From NCBI GenBank assembly GCA_051294375.1, contig JBJCIZ010000028.1:1-64000 (forward strand): a DNA stretch of 64,000 nt, in the 5' to 3' direction. The notes under the pieces were generated by a model. It was given only the letters and a program-made list of their open reading frames with translations. It ran no database searches and was not told the DNA's origin. Both the position numbers and the translations under genes were made by a program. Of the stretch, positions 12,798 to 24,020 are shown one piece after another; the first letter of the stretch is position 1; every line of letters begins with the position of its first letter. Origin of the DNA: Paraspadella gotoi. Its lineage: Eukaryota > Animalia > Chaetognatha.

Positions 12798-13215
12798 AAG
12801 AAACCATTCTAATGCGAAATCTGTCTTAAGTGTTTTTAACAGCATGTTCATTTAAATCAACACTATCAAATGCATACATTCGAGTCAACTCTGCCTTCCG
12901 TCCTTTTTGGCTTCTGAATCTTAAAAGTCAAAAGTATTCTATGATTTCTCCCGTATGTATATTTTCAAAGAGTAATTAGGAAAAAACTTATGGAAATTAA
13001 TATTTAAAACTACAAAGGAAAAAAATCAACAAAAACATCTAAAAGTTCACTATCGACCTCATACAGTAGAAATACGAATGTGAAACTGGTTTAAAGTGTT
13101 TTTCACAGAATCGTGGCTTGAAGCAACATTATTAAACTCAAGCGATAATTGTGATTTATGTCAAAAGGGATTTTCACTATCTAAAGACATGAAAGTTAAA
13201 GTTCACTATCGAGAA
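12798..13215 (+). pseudogene. Decayed finger plus degenerate partial duplicate of ZNF-A
   Basis: After the stop: KKPF*CEICLKCF*QHVHLNQHYQMH. 12880-13010 resembles the ZNF-A upstream region 10822-10955; 13035-13213 resembles ZNF-A fingers 3-5 (11426-11615) with indels and stops. Confidence 0.75.
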
Positions 13216-15308
13216 ATAAATAATTTTTTTTATCAGTTTTTTTTTTTAAATGGATGCCAATTCTTTGCTAAATAAAAGCTGCTTTTAGAAAATGCGTTAT
13301 ATTTTTTGCTTATGGAAAAATTCAGTCAGTCAACTATATTTATTAAGGCGGGCCAAAAAAGCGGGCTAAAAAAGATTATAACTCGCGTATTTGTTCATTT
13401 GTTATGAGAGGGAAAAACATCAAATCAAAGCAACTGCTAGCGTCGCCATTTGTTTTTAAAAGAAATCTAATATAAACTATAAAAAATAAAAGACTTTATT
13501 CCTATGCAGTACGTGATCAATCATAAGACGTTTGTTATACATAAATTTCATAGTAATGAAGTCATGTGATCACTGGGAAATAAACGAGAAAATAAACTCA
13601 CTGCGGGGAAAACACATTGGATGGACCGATCTTGTTTCTGAAGCCTTCTCTCTTTTCTTTTAACCCTGAGTTACACTGAGAGTGAATGAACTAGAGTGAT
13701 AAAGTCTTGATTGAAATCTTGCTCGGTCCTGATTTGTTATTATTATATATGACAGATAGATAAATAGATCAATTAATAAATATATAGCTACCATGATGGA
13801 AAAGTCGGTTAATTTCAGTGTTAAATATATTTTTTGGCCATTAAATAGGTTTTTATATGTAATATGACTTTTCGAGGACTGAATAAAAAGATTATTTCTC
13901 AATAGCATAAAATTATTTAATGCATACAATTAATTACAATTACTTCCAAAAGAGGTTGTTACCAACTGTTTTCACCTCTTTTTGTTTCAAGAGGACTACT
14001 CACATTATTGTTAATATTATATTTCTGAAGTGATATTTTTTATCATATTTGGAGCAAACAATGGTCTTTGGCAAGCAGTGAAAAAGATTGATCCCCTATA
14101 AAGTAAGCCAGGCTGTAGTTGTTGCTGCATAATGTGATGATGCAATGTTTTTCCTTTCAACAAAATCTTTGATTTTTCTTATTTCTGGATTTGTTTGATA
14201 CTTGGTTCTGATAATACATCCAGAGGTAAATAAAAATGATAACTTTGCTCACAGAAAGGTTACCCAGAGCCTTATAATTTTTATTGATACTTTACAATAT
14301 AAACAAATATTCTGGAGCATCTGCAGCATCAATGTATTTTTAATATCGCTCTTTTTTTGACATATGAATTAAGATTCATCCCTGAATCTATTCTAATGGA
14401 GATAATACAATAACAATTTGACATGAGACTGGAAAAAGGCAGGGCTTTTTAATAGTAATAGTTTAACTCAAAATGTAATAAGAAAGAACCGGAAATTTGT
14501 ATAAATGAAAAGAATAAATATAAAAAAAATTTTAAAAATGAAGCTTTTTTTTTTTATAGAAATTTTGTATTTTTTGTCGTACATAAATGAGACCCAGCTC
14601 ATATGAATCACAAGAGGCCAAAGTTTCTTGATATCTAAATTTTATTTTTCGATTCTTGCATTAAAATGCCGAAAAATAGCTGGAAAGTAACCGCGACAAT
14701 TTTTTTTCCATCATTTTAGTTAGATAAATAAAATAATAAATGAATAATTTTTAGCTTCGTTCTTACAATTTTTTTTACTCTGAAAAGGTTCCGGCCCGAA
14801 ATGCGTTTTTGTTGACAACAACGACGACGACCTCACAGCCGAAACCATAAACTATAAATACAAGGAAAAATTCAAATATTACTTGTTAATTAATATTATG
14901 TTTGAATATAAAAGAAGGAATAAAAAAAAATATAGTGCGTGAGCGTTCGAGGCTATTAAATATTAAATTGCTATATAAAATAAAATTTTTAATCGGATTC
15001 TGATAAAGCTTAAATAGATATTAATAATTTAATAAAATAGTTTTTTATCAGTAAAAACTTTTAAAGATTTTTTAAGGTTTTTTATTTTTTATTTTCTGCC
15101 CATTGCTTAGCAGAATTTTATTTAGAATTATTAAGAATTGATGTTTAACTTTTTAAGCTTTACTTGAATTCGTTTTTAAAATACAAAATTTATACTAGAA
15201 AAGAATATTTTAAATATTTAAATTTTAAATTCATTCATTCATCAACAAAAAGTAATTGAAGAAAGGAAAAAATAGATTTATTTCAGAATATTTCATATTT
15301 CTTAAAGT

Positions 15309-15358
<50 letters not shown>

Positions 15359-16726
15359 CTCCAATTTCTGGATTTATTGCTCCAAATTCCAAAGCTACCG
15401 CCTTATTGTATTTCCGTATCTCTACAGCCCCATTTAAAATGCGTGACTCATAACCACGTTTTTAGTCGGATCTGATTTGTCGGTCCGTCGGTCCGCCCCC
15501 TCAATCTTGTAGGGCATTGACTTATATCATGTCAGAACATCGAATTATGATAAATTATGCTAAAAAAACGATGTCCGTCCATCCGTCTGTCGTGATTGGA
15601 TGGTTGGATTAAAATGAATTTTTGTATGTGGGTAGAAAAGTGTGTGATTGAGTTGGATATAAAGTTTCGATGGAATCGTGCGAGTGGAAATGAGTTTAAA
15701 TGGGAAAAACAAACAATCTTTTTTCACTATTTGAACGCCAATTACTCATGAGTGGATCGGGCGATTGACCTAAAATTTTGTATGTGGGTTGGAAAGTGTG
15801 TGATTAAGCTGGAATCGTTTGAGTGGAAATGAGTTTAAATGAAAAAAAAACCTGTTTCACTAATTGAATATGCTTCTTTTTATTTTTATATTAAATTTAA
15901 ATGAAAGTTATATTAATTAATAAAATAATTAATCAGTTAATTAATCAATCAATTTTCCCATAATCAGTCAATTAATCAATCAATGAATTATTCAATCAAT
16001 CAATTTATTTATCTATTAATTGATTATTCAATCAATCAATTTATCAATTAATTAATTATTTAATCAATCAATAAATCAATCAAGTCAATCGTTATCGGCA
16101 TTATTGTCGTCGTCGCCATCATCGTCGTCGTTGCTTTTGTCGTGGTCACTGGTCAGTGACGAAAACATCTTAAACCAAACATTTCGGATCATAAATTAGA
16201 AATATCAAAAATTAAAATAAATAAATTTAAAAAAAATAATAGCAGATTTATCATAATTTATCATCTGATTAGCTGCTTACCTGCTAAATTATCGTGGGCA
16301 GATCCGACATTGTTTGCTCAAACTTGTTTTCTTTCTCCTGAAAAAAAAAAAATGTGAGAAGCCAAATTCGCTTTTTCCGTTTTCGGTGAGTTGACGACGG
16401 TGACAATAGAAACGACGATAATAACGACGACGACGTTTAGGTCAGTTTTTTTTTTTTTTTTTTTTTTTTCAACCGTCGTTTTCGGCTTTCATTCGAAACA
16501 CATTTCCAAATCTTTCGAATAAAACAAAACTTAAATTAAAAACAATCTTTTTCAAATTGTTTTTTTCACAACGAATTTATATCGGCGAAAAAAAAAAGGA
16601 CTCGACTAAAACTTCAAAACAAAGTTTTTTTTGTTTACGTTTGACAAGCGAACAACAATAAACGTCCAAAAAGTACTTCGACAAATCGTTAAATATTTTC
16701 GTTTACGTTTTGAAAATTGATACAAA

Positions 16727-18718
16727 ATGGTGGACATTAGCGAGGATAATCCTTCAAATTGTTCGGAACTTGACTTAAATTGTGAATCAGATTCATCGCC
16801 TCGTGGTTGCGAAGGACAAGATAGTGGCGAAAATTTGCAAAGATATGAAAACGAAATTCCCATGAAATGTGAAATTTGTCCTAGAAACTTTAAAAGTATG
16901 CGTCGTTTGAAAGCACATATTCAAACTCATACAAATGAAAAATTGTACGAGTGTGATGTTTGTCACAAGTGTTTTAAATCGGAACAATATTTAAAAAAAC
17001 ACCTATTAATTCATACAAATATGGAATCATACAAGTGTGAACATTGTCAAAAGTGCTTTTCACAGTCTGCTTACCTCAAGCGACATTATCACATTCATAC
17101 AACTGAAAAATTATGCAAATGTGATGTTTGCAACAAAAGCTTTAAGGTAAAAGAACAGTTAAAAAGACACCTTCAAACTCATACTTATGATAAACCATAC
17201 AAATGTGAAATTTGTTATAAGTGCTTTAAATTGAAGAGTTATTTACGGCTACATCTTTTAATTCATACAAATGAGAAATCATACAAATGTGAGATTTGTC
17301 AAAAGAGCTATACATCTAAGCAAAATTTAGAAAAACATAAAAAAACAGCTCATACTGATGAAAGACCATATAAATGTGATATTTGTCACAAATGCTTCAA
17401 ATTAGAGTTTATTTTAAAAGAACATCTTTTAACTCATACAAATGAAAAACAAAATAAATGTGAATTGTGTAATAAGTCTTTTTCCCGAGCTCAATACTTA
17501 AAAAGACATTATCTAATTCATTCAGGAGAAAAACCTTACAAATGCGAAATTTGTCATAAATGCTTTTCATTTCAAAAGCATCTCAAATTGCATCATTTGA
17601 CTCATTCGAAAGAGAAACCGCACAAATGTGAATTTTGTCAAAAATGCTTTTCTCAAAAAGTAGGTCTTCACACACATTTTCTAACTCATTCAAAGGAAAA
17701 ACAATATAAATGTGACATTTGTGAAAAATACTTTTCTTCAAAAATAAATTTGAAAAATCATATTCGAATTCATACACAAGAGAAACCATATAAATGCGAA
17801 ATTTGTCAAAAGTCATTTTCACTAAAACAGTATCTGAAATCTCATCATTTGACTCATTCAAAAGAAAAATCGCACAAATGTGAAATTTGTCAAAAATGCT
17901 TTTCTAATAAAACTAGCCTCAATTTACATTTTTTAACTCATACAAAAGAAAAACCACACAAATGTGAAATTTGTCAAAAAAGTTTTTCACAGAAAAGTAA
18001 CCTAACTTCACATTTGATAACTCATTCAAAGGAAAAACCATACATATGTGAAATTTGCCAAAAACGCTTTTCAAGATATGATGAATTAAATGTTCATCAT
18101 GTAACTCATAGCAATGAAAAACAGTACAAATGTGACATTTGTCAAAAATCCTTTTCACTCGCTCGATGTTTAAAATTGCATCATCGAATTCATACAAATG
18201 AAAAACCATACATATGTGAAATTTGCCAGAAATGTTTTTCTCTGTCTGGAAATCTAAAACTGCATTTAAAGAGCCATACTAACGAAAAATTACACAAATG
18301 TGAGTATTGCCAAAAATTCTTTTCTACTCGTAATACACTAAAAAAGCATCATCTTACTCATGCTAAAGAAAATCCACACAAGTGTGACATTTGTCAAAAG
18401 TTATTTGCACACTCTGCCTTTCTTAAACTGCATTATCAACGTCATACAACAGAAAAATCGTATCATTGTGACATATGTCCAAAATGCTTTTCAACATCAC
18501 AAGATTTGAAAGATCATTTCCGAACTCATGCTGAAGAAAAACCATACAAATGTGAAATCTGTCAAAAGTGCTTTGCAAATAAACAGAATTTGAAAGTTCA
18601 CTACCGAACTCATACAAAAGAGAAAGCATACAAATGTGAAATCTGTCAGAGGGGTTTTTCACATTCTAGTAGTCTCAAGCTTCATTATCACACTCATACA
18701 AAAGAAAAATCGTATTAA
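16727..18718 (+). CDS. Intronless tandem C2H2 zinc-finger protein ZNF-B (663 aa, 22 fingers), nested in fascin last intron
   Basis: 22 consecutive C2H2 units after a ~45-aa acidic leader; a decayed finger (CNIFQL*F*TSRDLKDHNQNHTEEKP*) follows the stop. Confidence 0.93.
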   Translation: MVDISEDNPSNCSELDLNCESDSSPRGCEGQDSGENLQRYENEIPMKCEICPRNFKSMRRLKAHIQTHTNEKLYECDVCHKCFKSEQYLKKHLLIHTNMESYKCEHCQKCFSQSAYLKRHYHIHTTEKLCKCDVCNKSFKVKEQLKRHLQTHTYDKPYKCEICYKCFKLKSYLRLHLLIHTNEKSYKCEICQKSYTSKQNLEKHKKTAHTDERPYKCDICHKCFKLEFILKEHLLTHTNEKQNKCELCNKSFSRAQYLKRHYLIHSGEKPYKCEICHKCFSFQKHLKLHHLTHSKEKPHKCEFCQKCFSQKVGLHTHFLTHSKEKQYKCDICEKYFSSKINLKNHIRIHTQEKPYKCEICQKSFSLKQYLKSHHLTHSKEKSHKCEICQKCFSNKTSLNLHFLTHTKEKPHKCEICQKSFSQKSNLTSHLITHSKEKPYICEICQKRFSRYDELNVHHVTHSNEKQYKCDICQKSFSLARCLKLHHRIHTNEKPYICEICQKCFSLSGNLKLHLKSHTNEKLHKCEYCQKFFSTRNTLKKHHLTHAKENPHKCDICQKLFAHSAFLKLHYQRHTTEKSYHCDICPKCFSTSQDLKDHFRTHAEEKPYKCEICQKCFANKQNLKVHYRTHTKEKAYKCEICQRGFSHSSSLKLHYHTHTKEKSY

Positions 18719-18939
18719 TGTAATATATTTCAACTATAATTTTAAACATCTAGAGACTTGAAGGATCACAATCAAAATCATACTGAAGAGAAACCATAGA
18801 AATGCTTTTATACTCCTATTAGTAATAGTATAATGTTTTTATAACGTTTTTGTTTTTTTTTGTTTGTATCTTTTAGAAAGGTTATCTTTTTTGGTTTCAC
18901 ATATTACAATTTAACATTTTGTTAAAAAAATATATACGT

Positions 18940-19195
18940 TGTGGCGGTATATTCACTCCGCCTCACATCCACCATCGTTCAGCCAAATCCATTGGCTAAG
19001 AAGGGGGAACACACCATCCCAGGCGTTGTGTTCAATGCAAAGTCCTAACGACTTCCCTCTGCGTTGGCAAAGCCAGACCGTCCTAGGGTAACCGCGCCAG
19101 TGACTGGAGGCGTCCCTGAGGGTCGCAAGCCCCCAAAGATAACAGTGAGATGCCCCATCCCATTGGGTATCACAGACAACCCTGCTGTTGCCGTA
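18940..19195. mobile_element. Solo-LTR-like element (256 bp) with 4-bp TSD ACGT
   Basis: Begins TGTGGCGG, ends TTGCCGTA; ACGT at 18936-18939 and 19196-19199; a second copy lies at 59344-59585. Confidence 0.75.
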
Positions 19196-20602
19196 ACGTA
19201 AACTTTTGATTTTTAACTGTTTTTTTTGTTTTTATGATTTTGTCATCTGATCTTTGAAGGTTCTTGAACGTATATTTTGTAGTTTCTTAAGAATTAGTTT
19301 GTAACATTTTATTAATGATTCCATTTTAAACATTAGTATGTTTTGTCTTTGTTAAATTTTAGTAGTTTAGTTTTTACTTTGTTTTCCAGTCTTTTACACT
19401 GTTACTGTTTTTAATTTTGTTAATTCTGTTTCTGATTATTTGATATTGTTTTTGGTATTAATAAAAAAAATAGTAATAGTTTAAAAATCATTATCAAACC
19501 CATTCGCAAAATTTTACAAAAGGACATTTGTCAAAAAAACCTTTTTTAAAATATAGAAACTAATGAAGGTATCATTTTATTCAAAACTTGTATTATTTAA
19601 TTGTTAATAAAAATTAGCGATGTTTGCCAACAAATTACATTTTCGCTTAAACTCATCTAATAATCAAAATATATAGACTTGAAAGTTAGTCAACAAGAAA
19701 CGACAAGTACAAGTAGTTTTGTCGCAGAGACTTTTTTTCGTGGCTGCATTTCCCATTACTCATGTGATTTTACAAATATGAAACATATGCACATTAACGG
19801 TCTTACCCTGCTAACAAATAAGAACTTAATTGACGAATTATTACCCGAGTTATTAGAATTTAAAACTTAAGTGGCATAGACTGACAAAAAGACCGACAGA
19901 CAGAAAGTATTATTAGCAAGTATTAACTTCAATGAATTAGTATTTCATGAATTATGCTGTGATTGTTTTTAAGGTAATGTAGTGAAAGCACAAGACAGAC
20001 AGAACGATCAAAAGGTGATATATAGAGTTGCTCCGCGAGTACTCAAATAATAAACCCAAACTAAAGAGATACTTTACAAATGCTAAGTTGTAAACCATAA
20101 AAATTTAGCATATTAAATATTGCATTAAAAATAATATAAAGCTACTTCAATGGTACTATCATACAGATCTTTAGTTTTTTTTTTTCTAATTAAATTTTGT
20201 TGGAGATAATTTGTATTTTGAATATTTTGAAATATATTTTTGATCAAAAAATGTAATACTTTGTTGAAATAAAAGCTGCTCTTAAAAATTTATGATTATC
20301 TTATTAGTAATGAGAACAATATTTTATAAAATTGTGAAGTAAACGGTTTGATAAACATGCTTGGTTACTCTTTTTTGTTGTAGATATCGTATAGAAGGCA
20401 AACTAATTTTTTTTCTTTTCCTATGAGAATTAAAACATTTTTGAAAGCCAGCTTGTAAAGTTGAATTTCGTTCAACGCTTTTATTAGAATGGTAAGAAAA
20501 AGTTTTAGAAATCTGGCAGGATCCTGTTTTGTTATTATATTACTGCCACAGGAGGATAAATATATAGATAGATTGAAGAATAGCTAATTAGATAGATTTA
20601 CA

Positions 20603-20768
20603 AGCAAGTTATTCGCCTCCCATCCCAAAGGTCCGGGGTTCTAGCCCGGTGGTCGCCTAGCAGTTAAGAGGGACGGGGCGCTTAATCCGCCTGTAACACA
20701 GTGTTACAGCCTGATCCGAAGCTCAGGGACTGCTTATATTGAACGGTTCTGTCACTAACATATAACAA
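20603..20768 (+). mobile_element. tRNA(Gly)-derived SINE, 5'-truncated
   Basis: TTCGCCTCCCA anticodon-arm remnant, B-box-like GGTTCTAGCCC, internal palindrome CTGTAACAC-N-GTGTTACAG; inverted copy at 23525-23712. Confidence 0.7.
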
Positions 20769-21780
20769 TAATTACTGTCTCTTCATATTTATATGAAGAA
20801 GAATGAATATATTTTATTTGCATACTGTGAAAAAGTTCCGGCCCGACGTCCGTTTTTGCTCATGACAAAACCTGTGACGACGACGACAACGACGACGACG
20901 TTCTCAAAACCCAAACCATAAACTATAAACTATACAAGGACAAAAATTCAACCATACGTTGTTAATTATTATTATGTTAAAGGAAACCGAGGAATAAATT
21001 CTTTCAAGAAAACAAAAAGATTTGTTTCCTTATTTTTTTCCCAAAATTGAAACTGCTAATATTTTTTTTCCCCAAGAAAATCTGAGCCTCGAAATTCCCA
21101 AAATTTAAGCAGACGATAATTTTAACTCGTTTCTTGTGTGGATGAAAATGACAATAGTAACGACGACGATAACGACGATAACAACCTGGTTTTTTATGGT
21201 CAGTTTTTCCTTCCCTCACTCACTAGGCTTTTGTGATTCGAAACTCTCCGTTAAAAACTATTCTTTCGCCAAAATATTCACAAGTTCACAAGCTCACACA
21301 TCAAAAAGAAAAAAAAAACGAACTGTAAAAAACAAACATTCTTTTCATCGTTTTATCTTTTCATCGTTTTAACTGTCAAATTGTTTCTTTTATTTCAGAA
21401 AAAAATAAACTTCTAATTCGCCAAACCAACGTCTTTAAGAAATACTTCAACGACCCGTCTTAAAATTAAATCAATAAGTAACTACTTTGGAAACCCTGGT
21501 CACAAAGAATTGGGTCGTTGATTAAGTTTAATCATATTTATACTAACTACTTAAAAAGTCGATAACAAAGGCAAAAAAGGCTTCTACGTTTCTTCAACGA
21601 ATTACAAATATTCAAAACAATAATAAACGGACGATATACTTGAAGAAGATACAAAGAGGTTAAAAATGTAGCAGATTCGAATGAAAGAAGGAGAAGTAAA
21701 GGTCAGCTGCCGACGACGACGACGACCGAGATTTCACAGTATTTCGGTGAAAAGGATTCTTTGTGACTGAGGTTATCTTG

Positions 21781-23091
21781 ATGACCGAAGTCAACTCGAG
21801 TCGCCAGACTCCGATTATTTTAATTACGAGATCCGTATTTATCCGATGCTCTCTTAAAATGTGCGTCACTGGCAAACTGGATCCTTCACTGAATTCACAA
21901 TCTAATTTTCAATGTGATATTTGTAATGAAAGTTTTTCTTCTGAATTAGAATTGAATCAACATTCATCGATTCGCGATGAAGAAGAAATTAAAAGTTTTT
22001 GCGTTAAAAATACAGAATTAGAACATAAACCAAAATCATATCAAAGTGAAATCTGCGAAAAATACTCGGCCACGAAAAAAAATCTGAAAATTCATTATAG
22101 TATCCGTACTAATGAAAAAACGTACCGATGCGAAACATGTCAGAAATGTTTTTCATACAAACAAACTTTAAACCAACATTATTTGACTCATACAAAAGAG
22201 AAACCATACAAGTGTGATATCTGTCAAAAGTGCTTTTCACAAAATGGTAATCTTAAACTTCATTATCGAACTCATACAAAAGAGAAACCATACAAGTGTG
22301 ACGTCTGTCCACAGTGCTTTTCACATAGTAGCAATCTTAAGGAGCATAATCTAACTCATTCTCAAGAAAAGCCTTACAAATGTTAGATCTGTGAAAAGGG
22401 CTTTTCACAAAATGGTCATCTCAAACTTCATAATCGAACTCACACAAAAGAGAAACCTTACAAGTGTGATATCTGTCAAAAGTGCTTTTCAAAAAATGGT
22501 AATCTTAAACTTCATTATCGAACTCATACAAAAGAGAAACAATACAAGTGTGATATCTGTGAGAAATTCTTCGCAATTGTTAGAGATCTAAAGAAACATT
22601 ATCGTACTCATACAAAAGAGAAACCATACAAGTGTGATATCTGTGAGAAATGCTTCGCACTTGTTGGAAATCTAAAGAAACATTATCTAACTCATACAAA
22701 AGAGAAACCATACAAGTGTGATATCTGTGAGAAATGCTACACACTTGTTGGAAATCTAAAGAAACATTATCTAACTCATACAAAAGAGAAACCATATAAG
22801 TGTGATATCTGTCAAAAATGTTTTTCACAAAATATTCATCTTAGACATCATTATCTAACTCATACAAAAGAGAAACCATACAAGTGTGATATCTGTCAAA
22901 AATGTTTTTCACAAAATAGTCATCTTAAACCACATTATCTAACTCATACAAAAGAGAAACCATACAAGTGTGAACTCTGTCAAGGGTGTTTTTCACAACT
23001 CGGCAATCTTAAAAGGCATCATAAAACTCATGATGAAGAAGTAATTAAAAATGAAACGCTTTTGAAACTAAATTCACAAAATATTTGTTGA
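21781..23091 (+). pseudogene. Intronless C2H2 ZNF-C with a single in-frame TAG at 22384-22386 (truncated gene, young pseudogene or readthrough)
   Basis: The frame continues past TGT-TAG-ATC-TGT through 8 otherwise intact fingers to TGA at 23089-23091, with no frameshift. Confidence 0.8.
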
Positions 23092-23524
23092 AAGTGTTTG
23101 TCAAAATCTACAATAAGACGGTTTTTGCAGTTTTAATGATTGATTCTTTTAGTTAATACTGATTGTATACATATACATAAATTACATAAGTATTTTTTAC
23201 ATTTTTTTCTTTTCTGTATTATTCCTTTTAGAAGATAAATTTACTTAGAAAATATAAAATCAAATAAAGATATGTAGCTGCTAGAAAATAAAGCAAAGAA
23301 TCTGTTGTTAGAAAGAATCTGTTGTTCTGACAAAGAAAGAGTAAGTTTGTCTGTATCTCTTCTGGTTGACGAATCAAAGAGGAGATTAGCCGGTTTCTGA
23401 TAGTTTGAGATTGATCATTGGTTGATGGTTAATGTCGGAAAAAAATATTATTAAATCGGTTATTTATTAATGAATTTGTAAGAAAAATTAAAATAAAATC
23501 TCAGTAGTGAAGAGACATTGATAA

Positions 23525-23712
23525 GTGTTATGTGTTAATGACAAAACCGTTCAATATAAGCAGTCCCTGAGCTTTGGATCAGGCTGTAACACCGTGTTAC
23601 AGGCGAGTTAAGCGACCCGTAACTTTTAACTGCTAAGTCGGCCCCTGGACTAGAACCCCGGACGTTTGGGTTGGGAGGCGAATGACTTGCCTCCGGCACC
23701 AATGGCCGCTGG
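23525..23712 (-). mobile_element. tRNA(Gly)-derived SINE, full head
   Basis: Minus strand reads GCGGCCATTGGTGCCGGAGG (A-box-like)...TTCGCCTCCCA...GGTTCTAGTCC (B-box); body matches 20603-20768. Confidence 0.75.
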
Positions 23713-23917
23713 TGAACGGTTGGTGAATTTTAGTCCATCATAGTAGGAAGTTTTTGATAATACGCGATGAAACACTTTGAAACTAATATTACTTATTTTG
23801 CTCTGTATATGTCGGAATGTATGTACGAATAACTTTTAAAATAAAGCTTTTGTAAAATTTATTCGGTAAAAGCGGGAACATCTCGTTATTTCGAGAGAAA
23901 GCGAGAAATGTCATTTG

Positions 23918-24020
<103 letters not shown>

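Noticed and set aside
11086-22828. Minus-strand ORFs overlapping the ZNF genes
   Set aside because: Antisense shadows of the 84-bp finger periodicity.
23640-23712. Functional tRNA-Gly gene
   Set aside because: Anticodon and acceptor stems do not pair properly and the sequence continues into a shared SINE body.
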